The notes under the pieces are model-generated. The model saw only the letters and a list, made by a program, of their open reading frames with translations. It was not told where the DNA came from and did no database searches. From Octopus bimaculoides (Eukaryota): a stretch of DNA of 38,342 bases. Below, piece after piece: positions 1-11,559 of the stretch. Positions within the stretch are counted from its first letter, which is position 1, and the number at the start of each line of letters is the position of its first letter. A program made the position numbers and the translations under genes. The DNA is taken from the NCBI RefSeq assembly GCF_001194135.2, contig NC_068986.1, positions 15,208,593-15,246,934 on the forward strand. Reading direction: 5' to 3'.

Positions 1-445
1 GTGTTTTGAGTTCAAAAGCCGCCGTGATTGACATTGCCTTAGTTCAACAATGGGGGTCGATGTAGGCGATCCCTGAAATTACTGGTTTGTGACAACATTC
101 CAAACCAATAATATTATCATTATCTCAAAATAGCGTATTGATAGAATCTTTACTGCGCCGGATAGAATACTTAGCGACACTTCTTCCGGCTTTATGCTTC
201 AGTTCCATCGAGTTCGACTTTCCATACCAGTTGAGCACTGAGTTTGATGCAATCGAATAGATTTCATCCCCCAAAATTTCAGGCCCGGTGCTTATAGTAG
301 GAAGAAATATTATCCTTATGTTTAAGGCGGTGAACTGCCAGAACCGTGAATGCGTCAAACAAAATGCAGCAATTTTTCCAATTCTTTACGTTCTAAATTT
401 CAACACCGCCTAGTTTGACAGTCTTTCACCTTCTCATTAGTATTA
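1..445 (+). mobile_element. Degenerate fragments of tRNA-derived SINE family C (about 1-125, tail near 270-320, about 325-445)
   Basis: Motifs GAGTTCAAA (B-box-like), GGGGTCGATGTA and an ATTAT-type tail match better-preserved copies at 9086-9275 and 26715-26905. Confidence 0.55.
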
Positions 446-884
446 AAATTTTAACATAAATCATAAATCAACACAAACATTCAAACCAACCGTGACCTAT
501 TTTTAAGACTATGTTTCACTTCACCTACCACATTTAGTAGAGGTAAACCCTAGGTCAAGATTTCTACGACTATTAATAGTAACACCCATATCTCCCACAA
601 AACACTTTATTGATTCAGTTTGTTGATTCCTTCAGTTTTCCTTCAAAACGGCAGAGGGTGAGAAGCCTGATGAAACTACACCCACCATGATGCTGGGTTA
701 CATATCCAACAGTGAGGGAGACATTGCAGCAGTTGAAACACGTGTAGGTACCGAAAAGATGCTGTAAATGACTGTTGAATAATGTTATGGATGTGAAAAA
801 TCTCAGTTCTCCTTATTATTATTAATACTACATATAGTGGAAAATTTATACGAAATGTATAAATAGATGATGAGTAAAGCACCG

Positions 885-913
885 GCAGGTAACCTAAAGT
901 TTAGGTTACCTGC
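885..913. repeat. Perfect 14-bp inverted repeat with 1-nt spacer
   Basis: GCAGGTAACCTAAA-G-TTTAGGTTACCTGC, read directly. Confidence 0.9.
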
Positions 914-989
914 TGTTATCCGTAGATTTACTTCATATAGTGATAAGCAAGCCGGTACAAGAAATCTCTAGTGCCACTTTTTTATTGAT

Positions 990-1042
990 GTACTCGAAGA
1001 GACCCGGAACGACCAGTCGAAACATGTGTTGTACGCAATAAA
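990..1042 (+). ncRNA. Possible degenerate minimal type-I hammerhead motif followed by AATAAA (Penelope pLTR-like remnant)
   Basis: GTAC | TCGAAGA | GAC..GTC | GAAA CATGT GTT | GTAC, then AATAAA at 1037. The core reads UCGAAGA instead of CUGAAGA, and the stems are short. Confidence 0.3.
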
Positions 1043-2299
1043 GTCTAATACACATTCCATTTCCTACGTTCAGTAATTCCGTCTCCTGTTCAGTTATGGT
1101 AAAAAGAACTTTACCTTAATATGACGGGTTACTCTATACATTTTGTAGAGTACAAATTTATTATCTTTAAATAAAGAATATTATTGGCAGAGACTTCGAA
1201 GTTGCAACCGCTCAAGCCATCATCGGCGATGACTCAACTGGCCGAAACTTTGAAGTCACAATCTCTTAAATATTGAACTATTGAACAGTCTTAATAATAT
1301 TCTTGTTAAGNNNNNNNNNNNNNNNNNNNNNNNNNNNNNNNNNNNNNNNNNNNNNNNNNNNNNNNNNNNNNNNNNNNNNNNNNNNNNNNNNNNNNNNNNN
1401 NNNNNNNNNNNNNNNNNNNNNNNNNNNNNNNNNNNNNNNNNNNNNNNNNNNNNNNNNNNNNNNNNNNNNNNNNNNNNNNNNNNNNNNNNNNNNNNNNNNN
1501 NNNNNNNNNNNNNNNNNNNNNNNNNNNNNNNNNNNNNNNNNNNNNNNNNNNNNNNNNNNNNNNNNNNNNNNNNNNNNNNNNNNNNNNNNNNNNNNNNNNN
1601 NNNNNNNNNNNNNNNNNNNNNNNNNNNNNNNNNNNNNNNNNNNNNNNNNNNNNNNNNNNNNNNNNNNNNNNNNNNNNNNNNNNNNNNNNNNNNNNNNNNN
1701 NNNNNNNNNNNNNNNNNNNNNNNNNNNNNNNNNNNNNNNNNNNNNNNNNNNNNNNNNNNNNNNNNNNNNNNNNNNNNNNNNNNNNNNNNNNNNNNNNNNN
1801 NNNNNNNNNNNNNNNNNNNNNNNNNNNNNNNNNNNNNNNNNNNNNNNNNNNNNNNNNNNNNNNNNNNNNNNNNNNNNNNNNNNNNNNNNNNNNNNNNNNN
1901 NNNNNNNNNNNNNNNNNNNNNNNNNNNNNNNNNNNNNNNNNNNNNNNNNNNNNNNNNACACACACACACACATACACATACACGTATATATTTATATTAA
2001 GAGGGAGGAAAAGAAAACGGAAAAGAAAGGGATCACGAGTGACAAAGGGATAATTGCAATTGGAATCATAGAAATATCATGCAGGAGGAAACGGAAGCAA
2101 AAGCCATCACTCAATATAAAATTAGTTACCGTTGCGATTGCAATGGAAGATATCATTTAATAGTTTAGCGGGGCATCCAGTATCATATGGAAATTGAATA
2201 TTGAAATACATTGCAATATCGTACTGATATCTTCCGACCAGTGACTTTATAGATATTACATATTTCATATCGACCATAAAGCTCACACTCATAATGAAA

Positions 2300-2402
2300 A
2301 TAAATATATATATATGTATATATATAGATACATGTATATATACATATAATATATACATACATACATATATCTACACACACACAGACATATATATATATAT
2401 AC

Positions 2403-2437
<35 letters not shown>

Positions 2438-2480
2438 NNNNNNNNNNGAGGGATATATATAGATATATATGCACATATCC
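2300..2480. repeat. Compound (TA)n/(TACA)n microsatellite containing a 10-N gap
   Basis: Seen directly. Confidence 0.9.
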
Positions 2481-3174
2481 ATCTCTAAGAAGAAAAGAAA
2501 ACATTTATAGATGAATCTTCGATAAAAATTACTTATTATTTCAGGATCCATTCTCTGGCTCTTCGGTTTTATCACTTGCAATGTTATTTATAGCAGAATA
2601 TAATCTGAAACCTTGCTCAGAGGCCACTATGTAGAGATCTATTTAATTAAGCCCCTACTTCTATTCAAGATCTCTCTGGATTGCTTCCGTATGTTATTTA
2701 CATATTTTCGATTGGCAAATTGTACGTCCAATTGCATAGAGGATTCGGTAAAAATTATACATTGTGTTTCGATTTGTCTTCCATAATTTATCTTATGTCC
2801 GACTGTTATGCACGACGCTACGCGGTATTGTGCTTAAGCTAAAGACAGGGACACACAATGCAAATGTTAATAGGTTTGGCATTAGATGGATACAATAATG
2901 GGTTGATAAAATGACATTTGCAACAATTAAACTTACCTAAAGGATTTGGCTGCTATTTGCGTCAGGCCATGAGACCTCTTACAGGCATTTTCGTTGACTC
3001 TTGTTTTCCATAAATACTATGGAACGAAATCGGTGGGCTACAAATCTCTCTCTCTCTCTCTAGTCACACCACACTAATCTTAAAAGTTCCAAAAAAAAAA
3101 GAAAAAGAGAAAGATCATTCGTATTTATGAGTGTATGATCCTAAATATTCTTTATCTGTTTCTGCTAGCACTTG

Positions 3175-3232
<58 letters not shown>
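3175..3232. repeat. (AAT)n microsatellite
   Basis: Seen directly. Confidence 0.95.
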
Positions 3233-3616
3233 GAAAGCATCTTACTCAGTAACAAAACAGGCAAAGGAGATCAGAAGAGCNNNNNNNNNNNNNNNNNNNN
3301 NNNNNNNNNNNNNNNNNNNNNNNNNNNNNNNNNNNNNNNNNNNNNNNNNNNNNNNNNNNNNNNNNNNNNNNNNNNNNNNNNNNNNNNNNNNNNNNNNNNN
3401 NNNNNNNNNNNNNNNNNNNNNNNNNNNNNNNNNNNNNNNNNNNNNNNNNNNNNNNNNNNNNNNNNNNNNNNNNNNNNNNNNNNNNNNNNNNNNNNNNNNN
3501 NNNNNNNNNNNNNNNNNNNNNNNNNNNNNNNNNNNNNNNNNNNNNNNNNNNNNNNNNNNNNNNNNNNNNNNNNNNNNNNNNNNNNNNNNNNNNNNNNNNN
3601 NNNNNNNNNNNNNNNN

Positions 3617-3740
3617 AGAAGGGGAAGAAGAAGGGGAAGAAGAAGAAGGAGGAGGAGGAGGAGGAGGAGAAAAAGAAGAAGAAGAAGAAGAAGAAGAAGA
3701 AGAAGAAGAAGAAGAAGAAGAAGAAGAAGAAGAAGAAGAT
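3617..3740. repeat. (GAA)n/(GGA)n purine microsatellite
   Basis: Seen directly; begins at a gap edge. Confidence 0.95.
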
Positions 3741-4867
3741 TGCCATTGATAGGTGGCGAGGTGTTTGTCTATGTATTTTATTTACCATTCCAAGAGTTTT
3801 GACTGGCAGTGTTCCGGAGACGGGTTGATTGTATTTTCAATGTTTGCAGTTGACCTTCATTGGTTAAGTTTCCTGAATTGTTTACTTTAGTCTTTCCACT
3901 AATTCCGAACATTCGCTTCTAAGCTGAGTTTTTCTCTGACAAATGCTGAATGTAGATCTTCTGCTTCTTTCCATGCTATCCCATGTTCTGTATCTCGGCG
4001 CTTTACGATTCTGTCATGTGACATTCTGTCATGTGACATTCCGATAGCATCAGGATTTGCAAATAAATTTTGACCGTTCATTCGTTATCCCGCTTTGATT
4101 GTTCTTCAGGATATACGATTTGACCTTTACTGTGAATATATTATTGGGTCAATATATTATGTCTACTCGACTTACGCTCATCCTTAAGGAAACCAAAATT
4201 CATGTAGCAACTATCATATATCTTATTTATTGAACCCGGAACCATGTGGTTCGTAAGCAAGTCTTACCCGACACCTGGTCAACCAAAAAGGGATGTCTTT
4301 AACATGTTCATTGGGTGTTAACTCGCACCAATTGATAATACTTCTATTCATACTGTACTATATTAAATCTATTATGTTATATTACATTTATTAAATTAAT
4401 CACATTACATGATATAATATCCATTGTCTTACATCTAAAAACAATTAGCTAATTCGATATTTTCTTTGATAGAGTAATGTACAATAACTATCTAAAACAC
4501 GATTATATAAAAATATTATTTGTTTTCTAATGAAAGTTAAGAACCAGTTTTATCACTCACGACATAAAACGAGACAGAAAAACAATTAAACATTAGTTAT
4601 TCATATCTCTCATTTTCTAACAGTCACATCATATATCTAACTGAAAACAAAAAACTTTCACGGCACCCATTTTACGCAGCTACCGCTTGGCCTTACCACA
4701 TGAAGGTAGCCCAATCAATCTGTCCGTTAACGGATTGCGTTCAGAGCCATTATTCTTTGTTTAAAAACTAATAACCTTTACAACAACTGCCAAGAAAGAC
4801 ACAATATGCGACAAAGGTCCACGAACGTATATACTTTTGAAAAGTAAATGTGAAAACCGTCAGGGAT

Positions 4868-5307
4868 TACTCTTTACTCTCTTTTACTCTTTTACTTGTT
4901 TCAGTCATTTTGACTATGGCCATGCTGGAGCACCGACTTTAGTCGAACAAATCGACCCCAGGACTTATTCTTTGTAAGTCTAGTACTTAATCTATCGGTC
5001 TATTTTGCCGAACCGCTAAATTACAGGGACGTAAACACACTAGCATCGGCTGTCAAGCGATGTTGGGGGGACAAACACAGGCACATAAACATATAAACGC
5101 ACGCACACACACACACCCACACACACATATATATATCTATATATATAATAATATTAGGGACAAAATCCAAAATTACAGGTAAAAACTCAATTAAAATCAA
5201 TTTATAAAAAAATAAAACTATATATATATATATATTGTGCAGTGGGACTGAACCCGGAACCATGTGGTTCGTAAGCAAGCTACTTACGACACAGCCACTC
5301 CTACGCC
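4868..5307 (-). mobile_element. SINE family B copy with central CORE segment missing
   Basis: The reverse complement matches the tRNA-like head and the 3' tail (..CCAGCATGGCC..GACTGAAACAAGTAAAAGAG) of the copy at 18555-18960. An unrelated AT-rich stretch (about 5150-5235) sits where the CORE segment should be. Confidence 0.85.
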
Positions 5308-5381
5308 TACACATGTAGGATATACACATATGTTAACATTTAAATATATTCTCGCATATTCTCTATGCATTTCTAACTTCA

Positions 5382-5383
<2 letters not shown>

Positions 5384-5450
<67 letters not shown>
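5384..5450. repeat. (TG)n microsatellite
   Basis: Seen directly. Confidence 0.95.
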
Positions 5451-5452
<2 letters not shown>

Positions 5453-5990
5453 ATATATCCAAGGCAGAAATATGGCGACAAAATATACAAATGAATGAAA
5501 AAGTATACTGAAATGCCTCGCTACACAAACACAAAAATATCAGAAATGGTAACCAGAAATATGAAAATGTTTTAAAAATTATACAACACTGTTTTCCTTT
5601 GGAAAACTCTTAGAATTATTATCAAAATAGCTTAAACAGAACATATTTGTAACAAATTTGGAAAATCAGATATATTTGAGAAAAATACTTCAAATATATG
5701 AAGAGAATGAAAATATATGAATAAGAAAGAAAAGAGAACGATCTCAAACAATTGAATCTAGTCTTGCTTAACAAAAAATACATAGAAATGCAAGTGAAGA
5801 GAGTAAATTAACATGAAAGCGATATGTATGTGGAAATATTTCAAGAGAATGATTCAAAAAGTTAAATAGTGAAACGTAAAGATTGAAGAAGTAATACCTG
5901 GAAATGCAAATAGCGTGTTAGTTGGGTGAGAGAAAATCGAGAAATATGGGGCAAAATATAAGTATCTAAACGTTCCAAAGTCACGTGCGG

Positions 5991-6320
5991 AAAACAGGTA
6001 CTCCGTCGGTTACGAGGATGTTCGTTCCAGATGATTCGATCAACGGAACAGCTTGCTCGTGACATTAACGTGCGATTGGCTGAGTACTCCAACAAACACG
6101 CATACCTTTAATGTTGTTCTCGGGGTGATTCAGCGTGACGCAGGATGCGATAAGGGTAGCGTTTTGAAATACAGGTACAACTCGTTTTTGCCAGCTGAGT
6201 GGACTGGAGCAACGTGAAATAAAGTGTCTTGCTCAAGGACACAATGCGTCGCCGGGAATCGAACTGACAAACTTACGATCGTTAGCCGAATACTCTAACC
6301 ACTAGGCCACGCGCCTTCAC
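5991..6320 (-). mobile_element. tRNA-derived CORE-type SINE, family A, near full length
   Basis: The minus strand begins GTGAAGGCGCGTGGCCTAGTGG (A box), then AGTTCGATTCC (B box), then TGTGTCCTTGAGCAAGACACTT, which resembles the CORE domain. A fragment of the same 3' tail (TCGTCGTAACCGAC) recurs near 6659. Confidence 0.85.
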
Positions 6321-6339
6321 CACACGAATACATCTCACT

Positions 6340-6505
6340 CACTCTCTTTCTTTCTCTCTCTCTCTATCTATCTATGTATTTATTTATCTATCTGTCTGTC
6401 TACTTACCTATCTACCTGTCTGTCTGTCAATCTGTTATCAATCTCTATCTCTATCTCACTCTCTGTATACATACATACATACATACATACATACATACAT
6501 ACATA
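6340..6505. repeat. Compound (CT)/(CTAT)/(ATAC)n microsatellite
   Basis: Seen directly. Confidence 0.9.
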
Positions 6506-7104
6506 AATGTAGGAGAGTATTGTAGTTCGCTTGAAGCATTGCGTATTGTTTGTAAAGAATAAAAAGTTCTGAATGATATAACAATGCACTATAATACAAA
6601 AAAAATGGACTATATACCTGTCGTAATTTAGTTATCTATATCATTGGACTATATCACATCGTCGTAACCGACGAAGTGCTCCTTTAAAAATAAGGTGTTT
6701 GTCTCATTCTTCATGTTAACTCCTTCAGGTTACGGAAATATCGTAAAGCTTACCTTTCAAGAAAACGAACAAAGAAACCAGTCTTTTTAAATGAATTGTG
6801 TATGTTACGCTATGTCGCTCTGTCGAGCGCCATTCGCAAGTGAGTGTGAGGTGTACTTTAGTTTTATTTAAGGACGTTTCGAGATGGATTTGAATGCAAA
6901 ATAACGCAACGTACAATAAACTGATAGTATAATAACACTATTTCTCCAACAAAAAATATATTGTACAGCTTGCAATAAAATTACTTATATATTGGTAATT
7001 TACCAAATTTACTGGCCAATTATTGAAATACATAAAAGTACGTTATTGTGTTATGGTCTGGTTCGCTTAGTATGTCTCTTGATGTTCGTTTATGCTTCAG
7101 CGTG

Positions 7105-7174
7105 TATTTGTGTGTGCGTGTTTGTGTGTGTGTGTATGTGTGTGCGCGTGTGTGTCAGTGTGTATGGAAGAGAA

Positions 7175-7228
<54 letters not shown>

Positions 7229-7300
7229 TCACAGAGATAAAGTGAGTGAGATAGAAAGAGAGTGAGAGAGAAAGAGATGGATAGAGCGAGAGAGAGATTG
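7105..7300. repeat. Compound (TG)/(CA)/(AG) microsatellite
   Basis: Seen directly. Confidence 0.9.
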
Positions 7301-7869
7301 ACAGAGTGTTCTAGTACGGGATTCACTATAGACGGTGTGTATTTATATTCATGTATTGAGCTTTAGGTAACGAAACGTATATTTACGCTGTATTACACAG
7401 CTGAATATCATTTGACAGAAAATTAGATATGTACAATAAGTCGGTTCTTTGCCGTGTTAGCCGCTCTGTTATGGCTATAAGAAACTAATTTGTACTGAAA
7501 CAAGTCGCTTGTGAGACCTGTCTACAAGGTATAATACTTTGTATAGTCATTAATTTTTTCAATCATACCTTTGCCGCCCGTCTCATTGTGGTTGTTTGTT
7601 TTCGTTTTTCTCTTTGCACTTTAACATTTTTTCCAGCTGACCAATGTACTTCGTCCAGTTATGAACTCAAAGCTGTTTTTTATGTGATTTTGTAACTGGA
7701 GTTAATGGCTATAGAGTCATCGGAAATATGTGCATTCGATTCCCCATTGACTACTTACAGTCTTTCGTTTCTTTCGTTTTCGCGAACCCTTGATCATATA
7801 AGACTGGTTGCCGGTTTCAACGTCGTACAAGCGACCGAGATCACAGCATTAACAGTGAACTGGATACCG

Positions 7870-8315
7870 GGCCGTTGTTGGGTTCTGGGACACCAGTTTT
7901 GGGAGGAAGATGGCAAAATGATAACATCAACCCTAGTATTTGAGTGGTACATATTTTATATCAACCCCATAGAAATGAAAGGCACTGTTGATCGCTGCGA
8001 GGTTTGAACACAAAACGTAAAGAGCCAGAATAAATTGTCCGACGTCATAACGGCTCTGCTAGCACACCACGTTCATAATAATAATGATGATGATAATTAT
8101 GATGAAGATGATGATGGTGGTGGTTTTACATTTTGGCACAAGACCAGCAAGTTTCGGGAAAAGGGGTAAATCGATTAGATTGCCGCCAGTGCTTAACTGG
8201 TACTTAATTGATCGATCCCAAATGATGACGACGAAAGACAAACTTGCCTAAGGCAGAATTTGAACAGGAAACTTGAAGACGAACGAAATGCCGCTAAGCA
8301 TTTTCTCCGACTTGA
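7870..8315 (-). mobile_element. Two tandem SINE family C copies
   Basis: Two successive units, each with TTTTGG..CCAG, ACTGGTAC/TGGTAC, GAAAG.C and TTTGAAC motifs, separated by an (AAT/GAT)n tail. Confidence 0.7.
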
Positions 8316-8317
8316 TA

Positions 8318-8380
<63 letters not shown>

Positions 8381-8672
8381 NNNNNNNNNNNNNNNNNNNN
8401 NNNNNNNNNNNNNNNNNNNNNNNNNNNNNNNNNNNNNNNNNNNNNNNNNNNNNNNNNNNNNNNNNNNNNNNNNNNNNNNNNNNNNNNNNNNNNNNNNNNN
8501 NNNNNNNNNNNNNNNNNNNNNNNNNNNNNNNNNNNNNNNNNNNNNNNNNNNNNNNNNNNNNNNNNNNNNNNNNNNNNNNNNNNNNNNNNNNNNNNNNNNN
8601 NNNNNNNNNNNNNNNNNNNNNNNNNNNNNNNNNNNNNNNNNNNNNNNNNNNNNNNNNNNNNNNNNNNNNNNN

Positions 8673-9000
8673 AAAAGAAATGGAGAAACATTCAAAATAC
8701 AAAGACCTGGAATCAAAGGCAACACGAATGTGGTGCCTAGAAACAGAAACAATCCCAATCATAATCGGTGCATTGGGTATGATAAAAAGATATTCAGCGA
8801 AATACATAACAAAAACACCAGGACTTACAACTATATATAACATACAGAAAATGGTTCTACTAGGCACCGCACACATCCTACCTAAAACACTTTCAATACA
8901 GTAACAATAAGAGGATCACAATAAACCACAGCACACACCCAAGGCACACAGAGCTGCGCTCGGTAGTACAGTAAAAGCACGTGATAAAATTAAGACTACT
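8673..9000 (+). mobile_element. R4/Dong-clade non-LTR retrotransposon 3' end (C-terminus of the restriction-like endonuclease plus 3'UTR)
   Basis: ORF 8680-8904, EKHSKYKDLE..RMW..ETIPIIIGALGMI..IQKMVLLGTAHIL, resembles the R4/Dong C-terminus. The 3'UTR matches the second copy at 27669-27780. (AAT)n lies upstream, across the gap, and downstream. Confidence 0.85.
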
Positions 9001-9046
9001 GAATAACAATAACAATATTAATAATAACAACAACAACAACAACAAC

Positions 9047-9085
<39 letters not shown>

Positions 9086-9088
<3 letters not shown>

Positions 9089-9490
9089 CCTTTCTACTGG
9101 AAGCAGAAGGTCTCAAATTGGTGAGAAGGGATTAAATCGATTTCATCGATCCCATGACGTAACTGGTACTTATTTAATCCACTCCGAAAAGAAAAAAGGC
9201 AAAGTCGGAATTTGAACTCAGTACGCTAAGCATTTCGCCCGGCGTGCTAACGATTCAGCCAGCTCGCTGCCTTAACAACAACAACAACAACAACAACAAT
9301 AATAATAATAATAATAATAATTTTGGCACCAGGCATGCAATTTCGGGGGAGGGTGTTAGTCGATTATATCGACCTCAGTACACAACTAGTACTTACCTTG
9401 TTCAAACTATGGAGGATGAAAGGCAAAGCTGACGTTGACAGCATTTGAACCTAGAACGTAAGCCGGAATAAATACCGCTATTTATTTTAT
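9086..9490 (-). mobile_element. Two tandem SINE family C copies
   Basis: The head GAGCTGGCTGAATCGTTAGCACGCCGGGCGAAATGCTTAGC lies on the minus strand near 9270. A second unit spans 9320-9490, with an (AAC)(AAT)n tail between the two. Confidence 0.8.
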
Positions 9491-9548
9491 TCGATTTCAG
9501 AATTATTGTACAAGCACGCCACATTCCTTTGTCATTTAACGGACACAA

Positions 9549-10169
9549 ATCTGACTAACATGATTTCGTGTTTGTGGTTAATAATTATATCCATAACATA
9601 AAGCCAACTGGAAAACAGGTATTCGTTTCCCAGTTGGCTAGTCACAATATGTTNNNNNNNNNNNNNNNNNNNNNNNNNNNNNNNNNNNNNNNNNNNNNNN
9701 NNNNNNNNNNNNNNNNNNNNNNNNNNNNNNNNNNNNNNNNNNNNNNNNNNNNNNNNNNNNNNNNNNNNNNNNNNNNNNNNNNNNNNNNNNNNNNNNNNNN
9801 NNNNNNNNNNNNNNNNNNNNNNNNNNNNNNNNNNNNNNNNNNNNNNNNNNNNNNNNNNNNNNNNNNNNNNNNNNNNNNNNNNNNNNNNNNNNNNNNNNNN
9901 NNNNNNNNNNNNNNNNNNNNNNNNNNNNNNNNNNNNNNNNNNNNNNNNNNNNNNNNNNNNNNNNNNNNNNNNNNNNNNNNNNNNNNNNNNNNNNNNNNNN
10001 NNNNNNNNNNNNNNNNNNNNNNNNNNNNNNNNNNNNNNNNNNNNNNNNNNNNNNNNNNNNNNNNATCTGACTAACATGATTTCGTGTTTGTGGTTAATAA
10101 TTATATCCATAACATAAAGCCAACTGGAAAACAGGTATTCGTTTCCCAGTTGGCTAGTCACAATATGTT
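9549..10169. repeat. Identical 105-bp sequence on both sides of an N-gap (9549-9653 and 10065-10169)
   Basis: Direct comparison; both copies abut the gap. Confidence 0.9.
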
Positions 10170-10409
10170 CGTTTACAAATACTATCTTCTTCTGGAACAT
10201 TTCACTTACAAACAAAACAAAACAAAATAGAGAACTTCTAATTTATCAACGACATTTTTTTGTGAAAATTAAATACAATTCAACTGCAATTCTTTGCTTC
10301 AATTGGTACTTAGTCAATGGCTCACTCATTCCTGGAATATTTAATGAACTATTATCTACGCAGTTCACATAGCCTTTGGTATGTAAGTGTGTATATGTCA
10401 TTGTACGCT

Positions 10410-10895
10410 TGCATGTACGTACGTATATACGTATGTATGCTTGTATGTATGTATGTTTATATGTATGTATGTATGTATGTATGAATGTATACATGTCGTC
10501 TGTATGTATGTCCTTATATAGTTTTATTCCAAGATTTCTTGCCAATTGTGAGAGGCGGTTTCTAATCTAGATTCAAGGCTCTTTCATTGGAATTTCAACA
10601 TCAACAACAGGATATTTTTGTACGTACGCATGTATGTATGCATGTATGTATGCATGTATGTATGTATGCATGTGTGTATGTGTGTATGTATATACGTATG
10701 TATGCATGTATGTACATATTTATGTATGAATGTACAGGTTTGTATGTTTTATGTATGTATTCTCATGCATATAGTTACATATCCAGTCATGCATGTATGT
10801 ATGTATGTATGTATATATGTATGTATGTATATATATATGCGTGTGTATGTACGTGTGTATAGGTATGTGTATGTGTATGTACGTATGTATGTTTC

Positions 10896-10926
<31 letters not shown>

Positions 10927-10940
10927 GCATGTGTATGTGT
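10410..10940. repeat. Degenerate (TATG)/(CATG)/(TA) low-complexity arrays
   Basis: Seen directly; source of the MYVCMYVC-type ORFs. Confidence 0.9.
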
Positions 10941-11559
10941 GCACACATTGATTTGAAATTTCAGCACAAGGCCAGCTATTTCGGAGTAGAGGTTAAGCCA
11001 ATTATATCCACCGCAGTGCTTAACTTGCATCAACACTGGTAATATTTTGTTTATATAATTTTTTTAAATAATTTTTATAAAAATTCCCTCTTAAATTGAA
11101 ATGTCTTAGACTTACTTCTGTGCTTCTGAGATATATATATTTAGATCTCTACCAAATATTTGGTAAAAATATTGTACCTGTTATCAACGTAGCAAAATTC
11201 TCACTTGAAAAGTTGTTTATGAGACAATTTTGTGTGCATATCAATTTAAAGAAGAGCTATAACGCAATCCATAGTAAAACTTGTTTAATAACCTATGCAC
11301 ATTTCAATGCAATATCCCGACTCACACTTGTCTGGATAAGAATATGGGGTCTTGCATCTCTTCAGGGTTAAGTTACATTAATTCACAGCAGACAGCACAT
11401 AACAGACAACGTTAATAGTTGTCCTTAAATTACATGTATAAAAGAGTTATAATCAGGTTGTAACGACATGAACATATTGAAACTGCTTACAATATCACAA
11501 ACACATCTTTCCGAACTCTTCTGTTATTTTCTTCCTATTTGAAAAGAAGATTTTTCCCC

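Noticed and set aside
640-790. Peptide PTMMLGYISNSEGDI, resembling a Tc1-like transposase motif
   Set aside because: Only about 15 residues are similar, with no catalytic motifs or TIRs; too short to call.
1192-1256. GACTTCGAAGTT..GATGA..GCCGAAACTTTGAAGTC, a hammerhead-like hairpin
   Set aside because: There is no CUGANGA core in the correct position and stem II cannot be formed without assuming rearrangement.
3790-4130. Minus-strand stretch with coding-like composition and a 15-bp tandem duplication (TTCTGTCATGTGACA)
   Set aside because: No recognisable motif in any frame; possibly a TE relic but unassignable.
6240-6320. tRNA-like sequence with A and B boxes
   Set aside because: It is a SINE head that continues into CORE and tail sequence and does not form a complete cloverleaf; the same applies to the family B and C heads.
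7530-7636. Possible short intron (AAG|GTATAA..pyrimidine tract..TTCCAG|)
   Set aside because: The donor is weak and flanking frames close quickly, so this is compatible with chance.
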